Positions 18,381-29,015 are shown, counted from the stretch's first letter. The stretch is DNA of 64,000 nucleotides from Desulfobacteraceae bacterium (GCA_024225635.1 JAAEMK010001003.1:3740-67739), one strand, 5' to 3'. The notes: generated from the sequence alone by a model not told the origin. Program-made: numbers and translations.

Positions 18381-20590
18381 AGCGAAATAAAATCTTAATT
18401 CCACTGATCATCGCCATATTTGTTTGTATTGTCTGGGGTATGACCCATAGGGACTGCAAGAAACCTTCCATGGAAGAGCAGGGAGATATCTTTTATGCCC
18501 AAGGGAATTATACCCAGTCCATCATTCTTTGGAAAGGCGCTTTAACTGCTGATACTGATAACATTCAATTAATGAAAAAAATCGCCAATGGTTTTTTGCG
18601 CCTGGCAAAGCTCCGGCAGGCTGAGGCTTTTTTTGAAAAAATCCTGTCCATCAATTTCAATGATATCGGCTCGCACATGGAACTTTTTCGCATCTGTCTT
18701 CTGAAGAATGATCTTCCAGGTGCTGAAAAACGGTGTACCCTGTTAAAAAAAATGGCTGTTTTCCACCCCGAGCTTGATATCCTCCAGGGGGATTTTTTTG
18801 TGCTCACGAACCAGCCTGGAAAAGCAGAGGCCTATTATCGCAAAGCGTTCGATTCAGCCATGGGTTCCGGCCGCATTCTTTTAAAACTCGCCACCTGCCT
18901 TGTGGTCCTTGAAAAAAAGACCGAGGCGTATCAGTTATTCGCGTTAGCAGAAAAAATTGAAAACAGGTCCACCTCTTTTCTCCTTCAGATGGCAGATTTC
19001 TGTCTTGTTGCAGATGAGGCGGAAAAGGTAGAGGCATACCTGCTTGAGGCGGTCGCCCTCGAACCCGGAGATCTTTGGTTGAAAAATCGTTTGGCACAGT
19101 TTTATCTTTCTGCCGGAAAGCCGGAAAAAGCTGAAAACATTTTGAAGGTGCTGGTTGATGCTGATCCGGAAAATGTTCAATTTAACCTGATGCTTGCCGA
19201 TCTCCATATCTCTTTGAACCGGATTGAGATGGCCGGGAAAATAATATCAGATATGGGGGGATTTATCAGGGAACCGGTCGCAGACTACGAACTGCTCCAG
19301 GGGAAATACTGGCTTTACAAGGGGAATCCGGTTTATGCCGCCACCTATTTGAAAACAGCCGTTTCTATAATACCGGGCTCCTCTTTGGCCCACTATCTCC
19401 TTGGTATGGCCTATCTTTTGGGCGGGCAGAATCAGCTGGCGGAAAACAGCTTTGAACAGGCGCTTTTCATCGAACCCCGGCAATCCAGGGCAACACTATT
19501 GATGGCAGTGGTATCTTATAAAAAAGGAGATCACCGGCTGAGCCTTGAATACCTGAACGGTTTACTTTCAAAAGAACCTGAAAATTACAGGGCTCACATG
19601 GTGAAAGGGCTCAACCTTATCGCCGGAGAAGAGTATGAAAAGGCCGTCGGTGCATTGGGTGCCGCATACTCCTTGAATTCCGATTGCGTTTTCCCCCTTT
19701 ATTTTACCGGAATGGCATGGGAGCTGTCCGGGAAAGCGGGCAAAGCCGGGGAGTTTTATCGGATCGTACTTGACAGGGAGCCGCAACGTGCGGACGTTTT
19801 ATTCCGATATACCATGTTGTTGATTAAAACCGGCGAAACGGAACGGGCCGAAACTGTTCTGAAAGAGACCCTGGGTGCGTTTCCGGAGAACCCTTTTATC
19901 AATTATGTCGCTGCCCGGGTTGCCTTGAGCACAGGGGATTTTGCCGGGGCGGAACAGTATCTAAAGACCACATTGGCCCTGAATTCCGCCCTGGGGTATG
20001 CCTATATCAAGCTTGCTGAATTGTATGAGCAGCAGGGGAAGATAGAAAAAGCCTCTGATATTCTTCACCGGTGTATCACCAATATACCTTCATACGGAGA
20101 GGGATGGATCGGTCTTGCAGGGCATCTGGTCGGGAACGGCGACCCTGCGGTTGCTTTGGATGTCATGAAGAGAGCCGAGGAAAAACTGCCCCAGGCTCCG
20201 GAGATACTGGCTAATCTTGCCTGGCTTTACGTTCAAACCGGTTCCGATCTTGATCTGGCCCTTGATTTCGCCCGGCGGGCCTATTCCAGAAGCCCTAACC
20301 ATGATGCCATTGCCGATACCCTTGCCTGGGTCTATTATAAAAAAGGGGCGTATGCCCAGGCCGCATGGATCTTATCCGACCTTGAGAAGCGGCTTGCGGA
20401 CAATAGCGTGGTGGTGTACCATTATGGCATGACACTGTATAAACAGGAAAAATATTCCCAGGCGGCTGAAAAATTGCGAACCGCCGTTGCCGGAACGCTT
20501 TCCGAAGATGACCGGGCCATTGCCGGAAACGTGCTTTCCGAACTTGAAAGCATTGCGGATGTGACGTTACCATCGGACAGCGATTTTTGA
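18377..20590 (+). CDS. TPR-repeat protein with N-terminal membrane anchor (PrsT-like paralog)
   Basis: N-terminal hydrophobic helix, many TPRs, C-terminal LANLAWLY...IADTLAWVYYKKG similar to the 15086-17374 product. Confidence 0.8.
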   Translation: MKRNKILIPLIIAIFVCIVWGMTHRDCKKPSMEEQGDIFYAQGNYTQSIILWKGALTADTDNIQLMKKIANGFLRLAKLRQAEAFFEKILSINFNDIGSHMELFRICLLKNDLPGAEKRCTLLKKMAVFHPELDILQGDFFVLTNQPGKAEAYYRKAFDSAMGSGRILLKLATCLVVLEKKTEAYQLFALAEKIENRSTSFLLQMADFCLVADEAEKVEAYLLEAVALEPGDLWLKNRLAQFYLSAGKPEKAENILKVLVDADPENVQFNLMLADLHISLNRIEMAGKIISDMGGFIREPVADYELLQGKYWLYKGNPVYAATYLKTAVSIIPGSSLAHYLLGMAYLLGGQNQLAENSFEQALFIEPRQSRATLLMAVVSYKKGDHRLSLEYLNGLLSKEPENYRAHMVKGLNLIAGEEYEKAVGALGAAYSLNSDCVFPLYFTGMAWELSGKAGKAGEFYRIVLDREPQRADVLFRYTMLLIKTGETERAETVLKETLGAFPENPFINYVAARVALSTGDFAGAEQYLKTTLALNSALGYAYIKLAELYEQQGKIEKASDILHRCITNIPSYGEGWIGLAGHLVGNGDPAVALDVMKRAEEKLPQAPEILANLAWLYVQTGSDLDLALDFARRAYSRSPNHDAIADTLAWVYYKKGAYAQAAWILSDLEKRLADNSVVVYHYGMTLYKQEKYSQAAEKLRTAVAGTLSEDDRAIAGNVLSELESIADVTLPSDSDF

Positions 20591-20704
20591 CATGGACGGA
20601 ATTATCCGGTTCCGTTTGCAAAAAAATATCCTTGAACCCTTGATTGATGGGCCTTTCTGCTATATATGTCATAGTCTAAAAGAAATTTTAATATTGGAGT
20701 GTTA

Positions 20705-21856
20705 ATGAAGTATTTCCCATTGAAGACTGTGTTGCTTTGTTTGATGCTGCCTCCTTTACTTTATGCAGTCATGTTAAGTCAGTTTGAAAAATATCTTACT
20801 CCGGTTTATCAGCAGAAGATAGAGAATCACATTATCGGTGACTCCGAATCCCTGTTGAACGGAACCGTAAGGCTCAGGGATGCTGTGGGGAATAATATTC
20901 ACAGCTTTTTGGCAAATGATCCCTTTGTAAAATGGTTCGGTCCTGATTTCGACATCATGGTGTCCACCAGGGCAGGGGAGGTCCTCTATCCGTCCTTTGG
21001 GGAAATAGATCCCTATATGGCCGAGGATGAGTGGGATTCCATTAAAGTAGCCCATCAGAATTACTCGATCATGAGCCAGGGGTTCACGGTAAAGGTCATA
21101 ACAAGATTAAAGCATGGTACGCTTGGAACCAACCTTGTCCTGACATTGTTGGTCATGATCTCTCTTGCCGTTTTTCTGCTGGTTTACAGGAAGGGAAGTG
21201 CAAAGGCCTTAAAAGACGACAGGGAAACAGGCCGGCGGATTACCGAACTTGAGGAAGACAGAAAATCCTATGAACAGATATTCAAGGGCCTTGAGAAGGA
21301 AAAAAGGAATTTGTTTGAGAATATCAAGTTCTTGAGGCATGCCAATGAGGAGGATAAGAAAAAGGCAAGCATCACCGAGGAGGACATGTTTGAAGAAATC
21401 GTCGCCCTGGAACAGAAACTCCAGGAGAACGTAAAGCATCAGCAGGAAAAAGAAAAGGAAATCGATGAGTTAAAGGAAAAGCTCAAGAAGAATGAGCGAA
21501 GAAAAGGCAACGGTTCAAAGCGCAAATCCTTTGATTTTTCCGGTAAGCGTTTTGCCGCGGTTTACAAGAACCTGGACATGAACCGGCGGGCGTTGACAGG
21601 TTTTCTCGAATTGAGCGATGACATGCAGATAAAGGCGGAAGAGATCATTCACCAGCTTGATGCGGACCCGGCAAAGGTTATTGTCAAGCGAAAGGTGTTT
21701 GCGGGCAAAAAAAGCCGGTCTCCCTCCCTTGAGGTTCTTTTTGGATATAACGGCAGGCTCTATTTTCGAAAAACCGATAACAACAGGTGCGAAGTTCTGG
21801 TGGTGGGAACAAAGAACAGTCAGACCAAGGATATGGAGTATCTTCATAATTTATAA
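20705..21856 (+). CDS. Two-TM membrane protein with coiled coil and a possible RelE/ParE-fold C-terminal domain
   Basis: Two hydrophobic helices flank a region of about 115 aa, followed by an E/K-rich coiled coil and a C-terminal GRLYF...EVLVVGTKNSQTKD domain. Start GTG 20699 or ATG 20705. Confidence 0.7.
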   Translation: MKYFPLKTVLLCLMLPPLLYAVMLSQFEKYLTPVYQQKIENHIIGDSESLLNGTVRLRDAVGNNIHSFLANDPFVKWFGPDFDIMVSTRAGEVLYPSFGEIDPYMAEDEWDSIKVAHQNYSIMSQGFTVKVITRLKHGTLGTNLVLTLLVMISLAVFLLVYRKGSAKALKDDRETGRRITELEEDRKSYEQIFKGLEKEKRNLFENIKFLRHANEEDKKKASITEEDMFEEIVALEQKLQENVKHQQEKEKEIDELKEKLKKNERRKGNGSKRKSFDFSGKRFAAVYKNLDMNRRALTGFLELSDDMQIKAEEIIHQLDADPAKVIVKRKVFAGKKSRSPSLEVLFGYNGRLYFRKTDNNRCEVLVVGTKNSQTKDMEYLHNL

Positions 21857-21865
21857 AGGGGTCAA

Positions 21866-23617
21866 ATGTACCGGGTATTTTACGGATTAAAGTCCAAGCC
21901 GTTCCAGATCAACTCCGATCCCGCCTTTTTATGGCTTGGGGAGAAGCATAAGGAGGCCCTTGCAACCCTTCGTTACGGTATCCTGGATAACAAGGGGTTT
22001 CTTCTGCTGACCGGGGATGTGGGGACGGGCAAAACAACCCTGATCAATACTTTGAAAGCAAGCCTGGGCAAAGACGTTATCTGCATGTCGGTTCCGGACC
22101 CAAGCCTTGAAAAAAATGATTTTTACAATTTTGTTGCCCGGGGATTTGGCTTTGACCAGGGGGTCACCTCAAAAGGCCGCTTCCTTTACGGGTTAAGCCG
22201 GTTTTTACACACGGCCCATGCCAACGGCAAAAAAGTGCTTCTCATAATTGATGAGGCACAGCTTCTGACCCAGGAGCTCCTGGAGGAGATCCGCCTCCTG
22301 TCCAATGTGGAACTTGCGGAAACAAAGCTGCTGAACATCTTTTTCATCGGCCAGAACGAGTTCAATGAAATCCTCTCCAGGCCCCAGAACCGGGCGGTGA
22401 GACAGCGGCTGACCCTGAACTACAATCTTAAACCCCTGACCCTTGCTGAGACCGATGAATACATAAAGTACAGGCTCCATATTGCCGGCACGACCGAGGA
22501 GTTGTTTACTGAGGAGGCTGTCCGGGAAATCTTCAACGGTTCCCAGGGCTTCCCAAGGCGAATCAATGTCCTGTGCGACCATGGGCTTCTCACGGGATAT
22601 GTCCGGGATGAACGGCAGATCCATGCCGACATCATCAGGGAGTGTATTCGTGAACTCGATATCCCTGTAAAGTCGAGGCAACCTGATCCCGTCCCTGCCG
22701 GACCCGCTGTTGAATCCCCCCGGGCTCTTTCCGTTTCTCCGGCGACTCCGCCTCGTCAGGCTTCTCCGGCTTCTTTGCCCCGGCCTTCGGTAAAAACGCC
22801 GGAGGCGGCACCCCGGAAAGGACTGCCGGCCTATGGGGTCTTAATAATTATTGCCTTGATGGTTTTTGCCGGGTTTCTCCTGGTCCCCCATCATGTTCGA
22901 ACGTTATTTGCAACGGCCGACCACTATATCAGCGGCGTCAGGGCCGGGCTGTCACAGTCCCTGTCCGGCTCCGTGTCTTCTCCGCCCATCCCCGGCGGCC
23001 AGGCCGGGGAAGCAAGCCCCCTGCCTGCGGACGATGTTCCAATCCTCCAGGATTTTTCATCCGAACCCGTTCAGGATACCGGAGAGACCACGGAGACCAC
23101 GGAGACCACAAAAACAGTGGTAGAGTCCTTTCCCATCAATGATCTCCCTGAACCCGCCGTTTCCGGGCAAGAGCAGGCCCCAAAGGAGACGGTTCTTCCC
23201 CCGGACGCAGCCCCGCCCATATCCGGCGGCCTGCCGCCGGAGGAGCCGACCGTGGAAGCTCAGGTTGAGGTCGTTCCTCCGCTGTTGGAAAAAAAGGTGA
23301 TCGTGCGCTTCCGGTACAACAGCAACGACTTTTCGGAACAGGGCCTGGAAGCGTTGACCGGGTTTGCGGACGCCCTTGTTTTTTATCCGGAAGCAAGGGT
23401 TGCGGTTACAGGGTATACCGATGCCTACGGCAATGAAGCTTACAATAAAAAATTATCTGAATTCCGGGCAAACATTGTCAAGAGCTTCCTGCTTGGCAAG
23501 GGCGCCCTGCCGGAACAGATGGAGACCTCGGGGCGCGGAAGCGAAAATCCCATGGAGAGCAATGACTCCGTCTGGGGCAGAAAGATGAACCGCAGGGTTG
23601 AGATAGAGTGTAAATAA
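21866..23617 (+). CDS. ExeA-like AAA ATPase fused to a TM helix, Pro-rich linker and OmpA-like peptidoglycan-binding domain
   Basis: [11 protein letters not shown], Walker [11 protein letters not shown], Walker [20 protein letters not shown]-terminal [17 protein letters not shown]...[10 protein letters not shown]. Confidence 0.88.
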   Translation: MYRVFYGLKSKPFQINSDPAFLWLGEKHKEALATLRYGILDNKGFLLLTGDVGTGKTTLINTLKASLGKDVICMSVPDPSLEKNDFYNFVARGFGFDQGVTSKGRFLYGLSRFLHTAHANGKKVLLIIDEAQLLTQELLEEIRLLSNVELAETKLLNIFFIGQNEFNEILSRPQNRAVRQRLTLNYNLKPLTLAETDEYIKYRLHIAGTTEELFTEEAVREIFNGSQGFPRRINVLCDHGLLTGYVRDERQIHADIIRECIRELDIPVKSRQPDPVPAGPAVESPRALSVSPATPPRQASPASLPRPSVKTPEAAPRKGLPAYGVLIIIALMVFAGFLLVPHHVRTLFATADHYISGVRAGLSQSLSGSVSSPPIPGGQAGEASPLPADDVPILQDFSSEPVQDTGETTETTETTKTVVESFPINDLPEPAVSGQEQAPKETVLPPDAAPPISGGLPPEEPTVEAQVEVVPPLLEKKVIVRFRYNSNDFSEQGLEALTGFADALVFYPEARVAVTGYTDAYGNEAYNKKLSEFRANIVKSFLLGKGALPEQMETSGRGSENPMESNDSVWGRKMNRRVEIECK

Positions 23618-23715
23618 AAATTGAGATCCCATCCCGTATTTGCTATATCCAAAATGAATTTGAAAATACATCACTTCCTGCGTCATCTAACTTTGGTTTT
23701 GGGACGGATAAAAAA

Positions 23716-24777
23716 ATGAAGAATTTGCTTGTAACCGGGGGCTGCGGCTTTATCGGTTCTAATTTTATAAGATACCTGCTCGAGGATACATCCTTTTCAG
23801 GCAGAATCATTAATGTTGACAACCTTACCTATGCGGGTAACCTCGAAAGTCTCGAGGATATCCGGGACAACCATCCGGAACGCTATTTTTTTGAAAAGGC
23901 GGATATCTGTGATTCGGCTGCGATCAAGGGCATCTTTGAGCGCTACGGTATCGACTCTGTTTGCCATTTTGCGGCAGAGTCCCATGTGGACCGGTCCATA
24001 ACCTCCCCCGAGGTGTTCATGGACACCAATGTCAAGGGAACATTCACGCTTCTGGAGGCTGCACGAAACCAGGAAGGTTTTTTGCTGTTTCACCATGTGA
24101 GTACGGACGAGGTTTATGGCAGCCTTGGTAAGACCGGGTTATTTACGGAGACCACCCCCTATGCCCCCTCGAGTCCCTATTCAGCCTCCAAGGCCGCATC
24201 CGACCATCTTGTCAGGGCTTATTTTCACACCTATGGCCTTGACATGACCCTTTCCAACTGTTCCAACAACTACGGTCCGTTCCAGTTTCCGGAAAAGCTC
24301 ATCCCCTTGATGATCCTGAACGCCCTCGAGGGTAAGCCGCTTCCCATCTACGGGGACGGAACCAATGTGCGGGACTGGCTCTATGTCAGGGACCACTGCA
24401 GTGCCATCTGGATGATCATGGAAAACGGCCGCCGAGGGGAAACCTACAACATCGGAGGGGAGTGCGAGCTTCAGAACCGGGAGATTGTTGAGCGCATATG
24501 CGACATGGTCGACAAATCCGGCCGGGCTTCCCACTCCCTTGCCTCGTCCCGGGAGCTGATACGCTTTGTCAAGGACAGGCCCGGTCACGACTTCAGGTAC
24601 GCCATTGACTGTTCCAAGCTTAAGAACGAACTTGGCTGGAAGCCGGAGGAGTCCTTTGAGACGGGGATAGGGAAGAGTGTTGCCTGGTATCTCGATAACC
24701 TTGACTGGGTGGAACATATTCAATCGGGTGAATATCTGGAATGGATTGAAACCCACTACAGGGGACAGGAAAAATAA
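23716..24777 (+). CDS. rfbB: dTDP-glucose 4,6-dehydratase
   Basis: [64 protein letters not shown]. Confidence 0.96.
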   Translation: MKNLLVTGGCGFIGSNFIRYLLEDTSFSGRIINVDNLTYAGNLESLEDIRDNHPERYFFEKADICDSAAIKGIFERYGIDSVCHFAAESHVDRSITSPEVFMDTNVKGTFTLLEAARNQEGFLLFHHVSTDEVYGSLGKTGLFTETTPYAPSSPYSASKAASDHLVRAYFHTYGLDMTLSNCSNNYGPFQFPEKLIPLMILNALEGKPLPIYGDGTNVRDWLYVRDHCSAIWMIMENGRRGETYNIGGECELQNREIVERICDMVDKSGRASHSLASSRELIRFVKDRPGHDFRYAIDCSKLKNELGWKPEESFETGIGKSVAWYLDNLDWVEHIQSGEYLEWIETHYRGQEK

Positions 24778-25658
24778 TGAAGGGAATTATTCTGGCCGGC
24801 GGTTCGGGCACACGCCTCTATCCGCTTACAAAGGCCGTCAGCAAGCAGCTTGTTCCAGTGTATGACAAGCCCATGATCTATTATCCTCTTTCGGTCCTCA
24901 TGCTTGCCGGCATACGGGAGATCATGATTATCTCCACACCCGGTGATCTTCCCAGGTTCCGGGAGCTGTTCGGGGACGGTTCGACCCTGGGAATGGATTT
25001 TTCCTATGCGGAGCAGCCTGATCCCGGCGGCATTGCCCAGGCTTTCATCATTGCAAAGGAGTTTATCGGACAGGAAAGTGTCACCCTCATCCTGGGGGAC
25101 AACATCTTCTACGGCGGCAACCTGCAGGCCATGTTAAAAAGAGCGGTCTCCCTGGAAGAGGGGGGGCTTATCTTCGGTTATCCGGTCAGGGACCCCGAGC
25201 GCTACGGCGTCGTGGCCTTTGACGAGACGGGTAAGGTCACGGGCATCGAGGAGAAGCCGGACAAGCCCAAATCCAAGTTTGCCGTTCCCGGGCTCTATGT
25301 TTATGATAAACAGGTGGTCGAAATCGCGGAAAGCCTTACACCCTCTCCCAGGGGAGAGCTTGAGATCACGGATGTCAATCTTGAATATCTCAGACAGGGC
25401 CGGCTCAGGGTCGAGCTGCTGGGCCGGGGGTATGCCTGGCTCGATACCGGCACCCATGAAGCCCTTCAACAGGCCTCGGGCTATGTCCAGGCAGTCCAGG
25501 AGCGCCAGGGCCTGAAGATCGCCTGTATCGAGGAGATCGCCTTCAGGCTCGGATATATAACCGGGGATCAGCTAAAAGACATTGCTTCGGAAATGCTTAA
25601 AAACGATTATGGCCGGTACCTCATGGAAATTGCCGGAAAAAAAGGAGGAATTTTCTAA
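24777..25658 (+). CDS. rfbA: Glucose-1-phosphate thymidylyltransferase
   Basis: [55 protein letters not shown]. Confidence 0.97.
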   Translation: MKGIILAGGSGTRLYPLTKAVSKQLVPVYDKPMIYYPLSVLMLAGIREIMIISTPGDLPRFRELFGDGSTLGMDFSYAEQPDPGGIAQAFIIAKEFIGQESVTLILGDNIFYGGNLQAMLKRAVSLEEGGLIFGYPVRDPERYGVVAFDETGKVTGIEEKPDKPKSKFAVPGLYVYDKQVVEIAESLTPSPRGELEITDVNLEYLRQGRLRVELLGRGYAWLDTGTHEALQQASGYVQAVQERQGLKIACIEEIAFRLGYITGDQLKDIASEMLKNDYGRYLMEIAGKKGGIF

Positions 25659-26215
25659 TGGGAACCCGCTTTATGGAAACCGGCATCGAGGGGGTCATCC
25701 TCATAGAACCCGATGTGTTCAATGATTCAAGGGGGTTTTTCCTGGAGACCTATCAGTATGAACGGTATGCCGAAAACGGCGTATCACCGGTTTTTGTCCA
25801 GGACAATCATTCACGATCCGAAAAGGGGGTCGTCCGGGGGCTCCATTATCAGCTCGGACATCCCCAGGCAAAGCTTGTCTATGCCGTCCGGGGCGCCATA
25901 TTTGATGTGGCCGTGGATATCCGGCGGGACTCGAAAACATTCGGCCGGTGGACCGGGCACATTCTCTCCGAGGAGAACCGTCGCCAGCTTTATATCCCGG
26001 AAGGGTTCGCCCATGGGTTTTCCGTGTTGAGCGATACCGTGGATGTGACCTACAAATGCTCCGGCTACTACACCCCCGGGGATGAGTACGGGATTCTTTT
26101 CAGCGATCCCGGCCTGAACATCGACTGGCAGGTTGAGACCCCAATCACCTCTGACAAGGATAAGCTCTATCCCCTGCTGAACCAGGCGGAGCCTGACCTG
26201 TTGCCAACCCTGTAA
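25658..26215 (+). CDS. rfbC: dTDP-4-dehydrorhamnose 3,5-epimerase
   Basis: DSRGFFLE, FVQDNHS, RGLHYQ, DVAVDIR, PEGFAHGF. Confidence 0.96.
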   Translation: MGTRFMETGIEGVILIEPDVFNDSRGFFLETYQYERYAENGVSPVFVQDNHSRSEKGVVRGLHYQLGHPQAKLVYAVRGAIFDVAVDIRRDSKTFGRWTGHILSEENRRQLYIPEGFAHGFSVLSDTVDVTYKCSGYYTPGDEYGILFSDPGLNIDWQVETPITSDKDKLYPLLNQAEPDLLPTL

Positions 26216-26269
26216 ATTCAGGTCCATGCAAATAAAGTTTAAAAAACAAAAAATATAACAGGCAAATAT

Positions 26270-26584
26270 ATGAGAGAAGACAATGTAACAGGAGAAATCA
26301 AAGAAAAACTTCTTAAACTTCAAAAGAAAAGAAGATTGGCTTTTTTTGTGATGATATGTTTTTTCCCAATAGGGGTATTTATTGCAAAAACTCTTGAGTC
26401 TTCCCCTTTCGCAGGCATATTAATTTTTGTTTATTTCATCTTCACAGGCTTTTTATTGACGAAAGTTGCATTTCACAAATGCCCTCGTTGTCATAAGTTC
26501 TTCTTTTTTAGCTCATCCTGGGCAAATGGGTTTACAAACAAATGTTTGAACTGCGGTATTAACTTTAGAGGAGAAGAGTTGTAA
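26270..26584 (+). CDS. Small AT-rich membrane protein with C-terminal CxxC-CxxC motif (candidate orphan immunity protein)
   Basis: Two hydrophobic helices, then CPRC...CLNC. AT-rich and adjacent to Rhs fragments. Confidence 0.6.
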   Translation: MREDNVTGEIKEKLLKLQKKRRLAFFVMICFFPIGVFIAKTLESSPFAGILIFVYFIFTGFLLTKVAFHKCPRCHKFFFFSSSWANGFTNKCLNCGINFRGEEL

Positions 26585-26602
26585 AAAAAAAGGTGCAAAA
26601 TC

Positions 26603-27010
26603 TTGGTTATTGCATTAGGCAGAGCCTATGTGGGCAGCGACTTCAATGGCATCCCGGAGATGGTGACAGAGGCCATAACAACCAATGAGAGGGTCACCAC
26701 CCGAACCCATGATGTGACAAGCGCAAGACAGATCATCACATCAGCGGAGGACCGGGTGATCACCAGCACCTATGATCCGGCAACCTATGAATTTGACCCT
26801 GATGACCGGCTCTCAAAAGTAACCGAGGGCAGTGACATAACAGACTATGTGTACTCATCCACAGGAGAACTGGTCAGCGTAACCCTGCCGGACGGCACCC
26901 GAATAGACTATGTCCACGATCCCCTCGGTAGACGCATCGCCAAAAAGATCAACGGCACCATTGTTGAAAAACACCTCTGGTCCGGCCAGACCACTCTGCG
27001 TTGCCCTTAG
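26603..27010 (+). pseudogene. Rhs/YD-repeat core fragment 1
   Basis: YEFDPDDRLSKVT, YSSTGELVSVTLPDG, YVHDPLGRRIAKK are YD repeats. No credible start or toxin domain. Confidence 0.8.
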
Positions 27011-27035
27011 TAGATAGATCTGGAGACTAATATAA

Positions 27036-27251
27036 ATGGAATGTTTATTTATAGTTCAGCATGCTCACAAATTTGATGATGGCACTGAAGATGTTAAACT
27101 CATCGGGGTTTATCGAAGTAGAGAAAATGCCGAAAAGGCTATCAGCCGCTTGAGCAATCAACCTGGATTTAGAGATGCGCAAGATGGCTTTTTCATAGAT
27201 AAATATGAATTGGATAAAGATCAGTGGACAGAGGGGTATGTTACGACATGA
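27036..27251 (+). CDS. Small acidic hypothetical protein (71 aa; candidate immunity protein)
   Basis: GGAGA RBS; KLIGVYRSRENAEKAI..L..QPGF...WTEGY; lies between Rhs fragments. Confidence 0.65.
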   Translation: MECLFIVQHAHKFDDGTEDVKLIGVYRSRENAEKAISRLSNQPGFRDAQDGFFIDKYELDKDQWTEGYVTT

Positions 27252-27307
27252 TTTTTACACTCAATGGAAAAACGTGAGGGGCGGATCTTAATTAATTAGA
27301 TGTTTTA

Positions 27308-28211
27308 GCCACCTGGACAACCCCCCTGAACGGCATCACCCAATATGCCTATAATGAAGAACGGCTGCTCACCTCCATCACCCTGCCGTCGGGCAAGGTG
27401 ATTCATAATACATATGTCAACGGTCAGTTGACAGAAACCGCAACAGATGAATGGACAAACTTTTATACCTATACCTGCGGCAACCTGCCTGCATCCATAA
27501 CCAGGGGACCGGAAGAGATCGGCTATGAATACGACGGAACCCTTGTCACGTCATCTTTCCTGACAGGCACCCTGGATCAGGCGCTTGAATTTGTTTATAA
27601 CGATGATTTCAAACTGACCGCCTTTACCTATGCCGGAGCCACGGAAGTCCTGGAGTACGACAATGACGGCATGGTCACAGGAACCGGCAGGTTCTCCATT
27701 GCAAGAAATTCTGACAACGGACTGCCCGAACAGGTATCGGACAGCACATTTACCCTTGACAGGTCCTTTAACGGGTACGGTGAAGTTGAAAATGTCACAA
27801 CCCGGATATCCGAATCCACACGCCTTGGCTATACCCTGACTCGGGACCATAACGGCCGGATCAGCACAAGGGATATCTCAGTATCCGGCACAAACCATAC
27901 ATACGACTACACCTACGATGATTTTGGAAGGCTTCTGACCGTCACGGAAGACGGCATCCCCACGGAAGAGTACCGGTACGACAACAATGGGAACCGTATC
28001 CATGAGACCAATACACATCTCGGGATCACCGGCCGGACCCTGACCTATTCCATTTGTTGGCAATTTTTGATGGCAATGACAACCTCCTCCAGCGGTTTGA
28101 GTATGGAGACGACCGGGTGCCCCATGCCATGCAGTCAAACGGTACGACCTATTACCTGGCCTGCGATCAGGTGGGCACCCTGAGACTGGTAACGGATACA
28201 GCCGGTGCCGT
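27308..28211 (+). pseudogene. Rhs/YD-repeat core fragment 2 (internal deletion/frameshift near 28052)
   Basis: YAYNEERLLTSITLPSG, YDNDGMVT, YTYDDFGRLLTVT, YRYDNNGNR. It then continues in another frame as LAIFDGNDNLLQRFEY...YYLACDQVGTLRLVTD, the core terminus motif. Confidence 0.85.
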
Positions 28212-28631
28212 AATTTTGGTGCTGCCGGGGTTGGTGCGGCGATTGGGGGAGTCGTTGGAGCTGTTAACGCCTTATTTAATAATGGTAATGTGTTGCAAGG
28301 TGCGATGTATGGAGCCGGTGTTGGAGCTCTTGCAGGCTTATCGTTTGGTAGCTCACTTATAGCAAACTCGGCAATAGGTGCAGTCATTGGTGTTGGAACT
28401 GATTATTTAATACAGCGTCGTTCAAACCCATGTCAAAACATTGATATAACCTCCCTTGTAATTAGTGGTATCTCAGGAGCAGTGGGAGGTGGTACAGGTG
28501 CAGCTGCTCTCAAAGGTGGAGCGTCAGCAATTAATTCGGCACTGGTGGGTGGTACCTTATCAGGTGGAGTTTCAATGAGATTAAACTATATAAATAGCCC
28601 TGGCCCCAAAATGGTACGTTATAATCCATGA
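28212..28631 (+). pseudogene. Orphan Rhs C-terminal (putative toxin) region, Gly/Ala-rich
   Basis: Open frame NFGAAGVGAAIGGVVGAVNALF...GAVIGVG...GGVSMRLNY directly after the Rhs core but in a different frame; glycine-zipper-like. Confidence 0.6.
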
Positions 28632-28655
28632 TAATAATATAGAGAAAGATTAATT

Positions 28656-29015
28656 ATGAACCAGATTTCAACAAGTTCAGTACCGTATCTTGTATTTGCA
28701 TATGCTATAATCATTGGAATATTGATAGGCTTCTATTTTATCCTTTTAAGTAAAATTGAGGAATATGTGGGATTAAAAAAAACAAAAAATATATGGTTCA
28801 AAATAAGAGAGGGGCTATTCAGAGTTATACTCGCAATAGCGTCTATCTATATTGTTTTAATTTTACCAATTGAGCTACTACGGCACTTTATTATTAATCC
28901 CGATTATGTAAAGGAACTTTATGATTTATATTTCTATAGTGTAGTTTGCAGCAGTATCGTTTCGACCTTATTTTTGATAAAACTTGGTAAAATACGAATT
29001 AAAAGAAAGCCATAG
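28656..29015 (+). CDS. AT-rich three-TM membrane protein (putative cognate immunity protein)
   Basis: 119 aa with three hydrophobic segments, immediately downstream of the putative toxin tip. Confidence 0.65.
   Translation: MNQISTSSVPYLVFAYAIIIGILIGFYFILLSKIEEYVGLKKTKNIWFKIREGLFRVILAIASIYIVLILPIELLRHFIINPDYVKELYDLYFYSVVCSSIVSTLFLIKLGKIRIKRKP

Noticed and set aside
23084..23110. 9-bp tandem repeat (ETT x3) in the ExeA-OmpA gene
   Set aside because: In-frame repeat in a low-complexity linker with no evident functional consequence.
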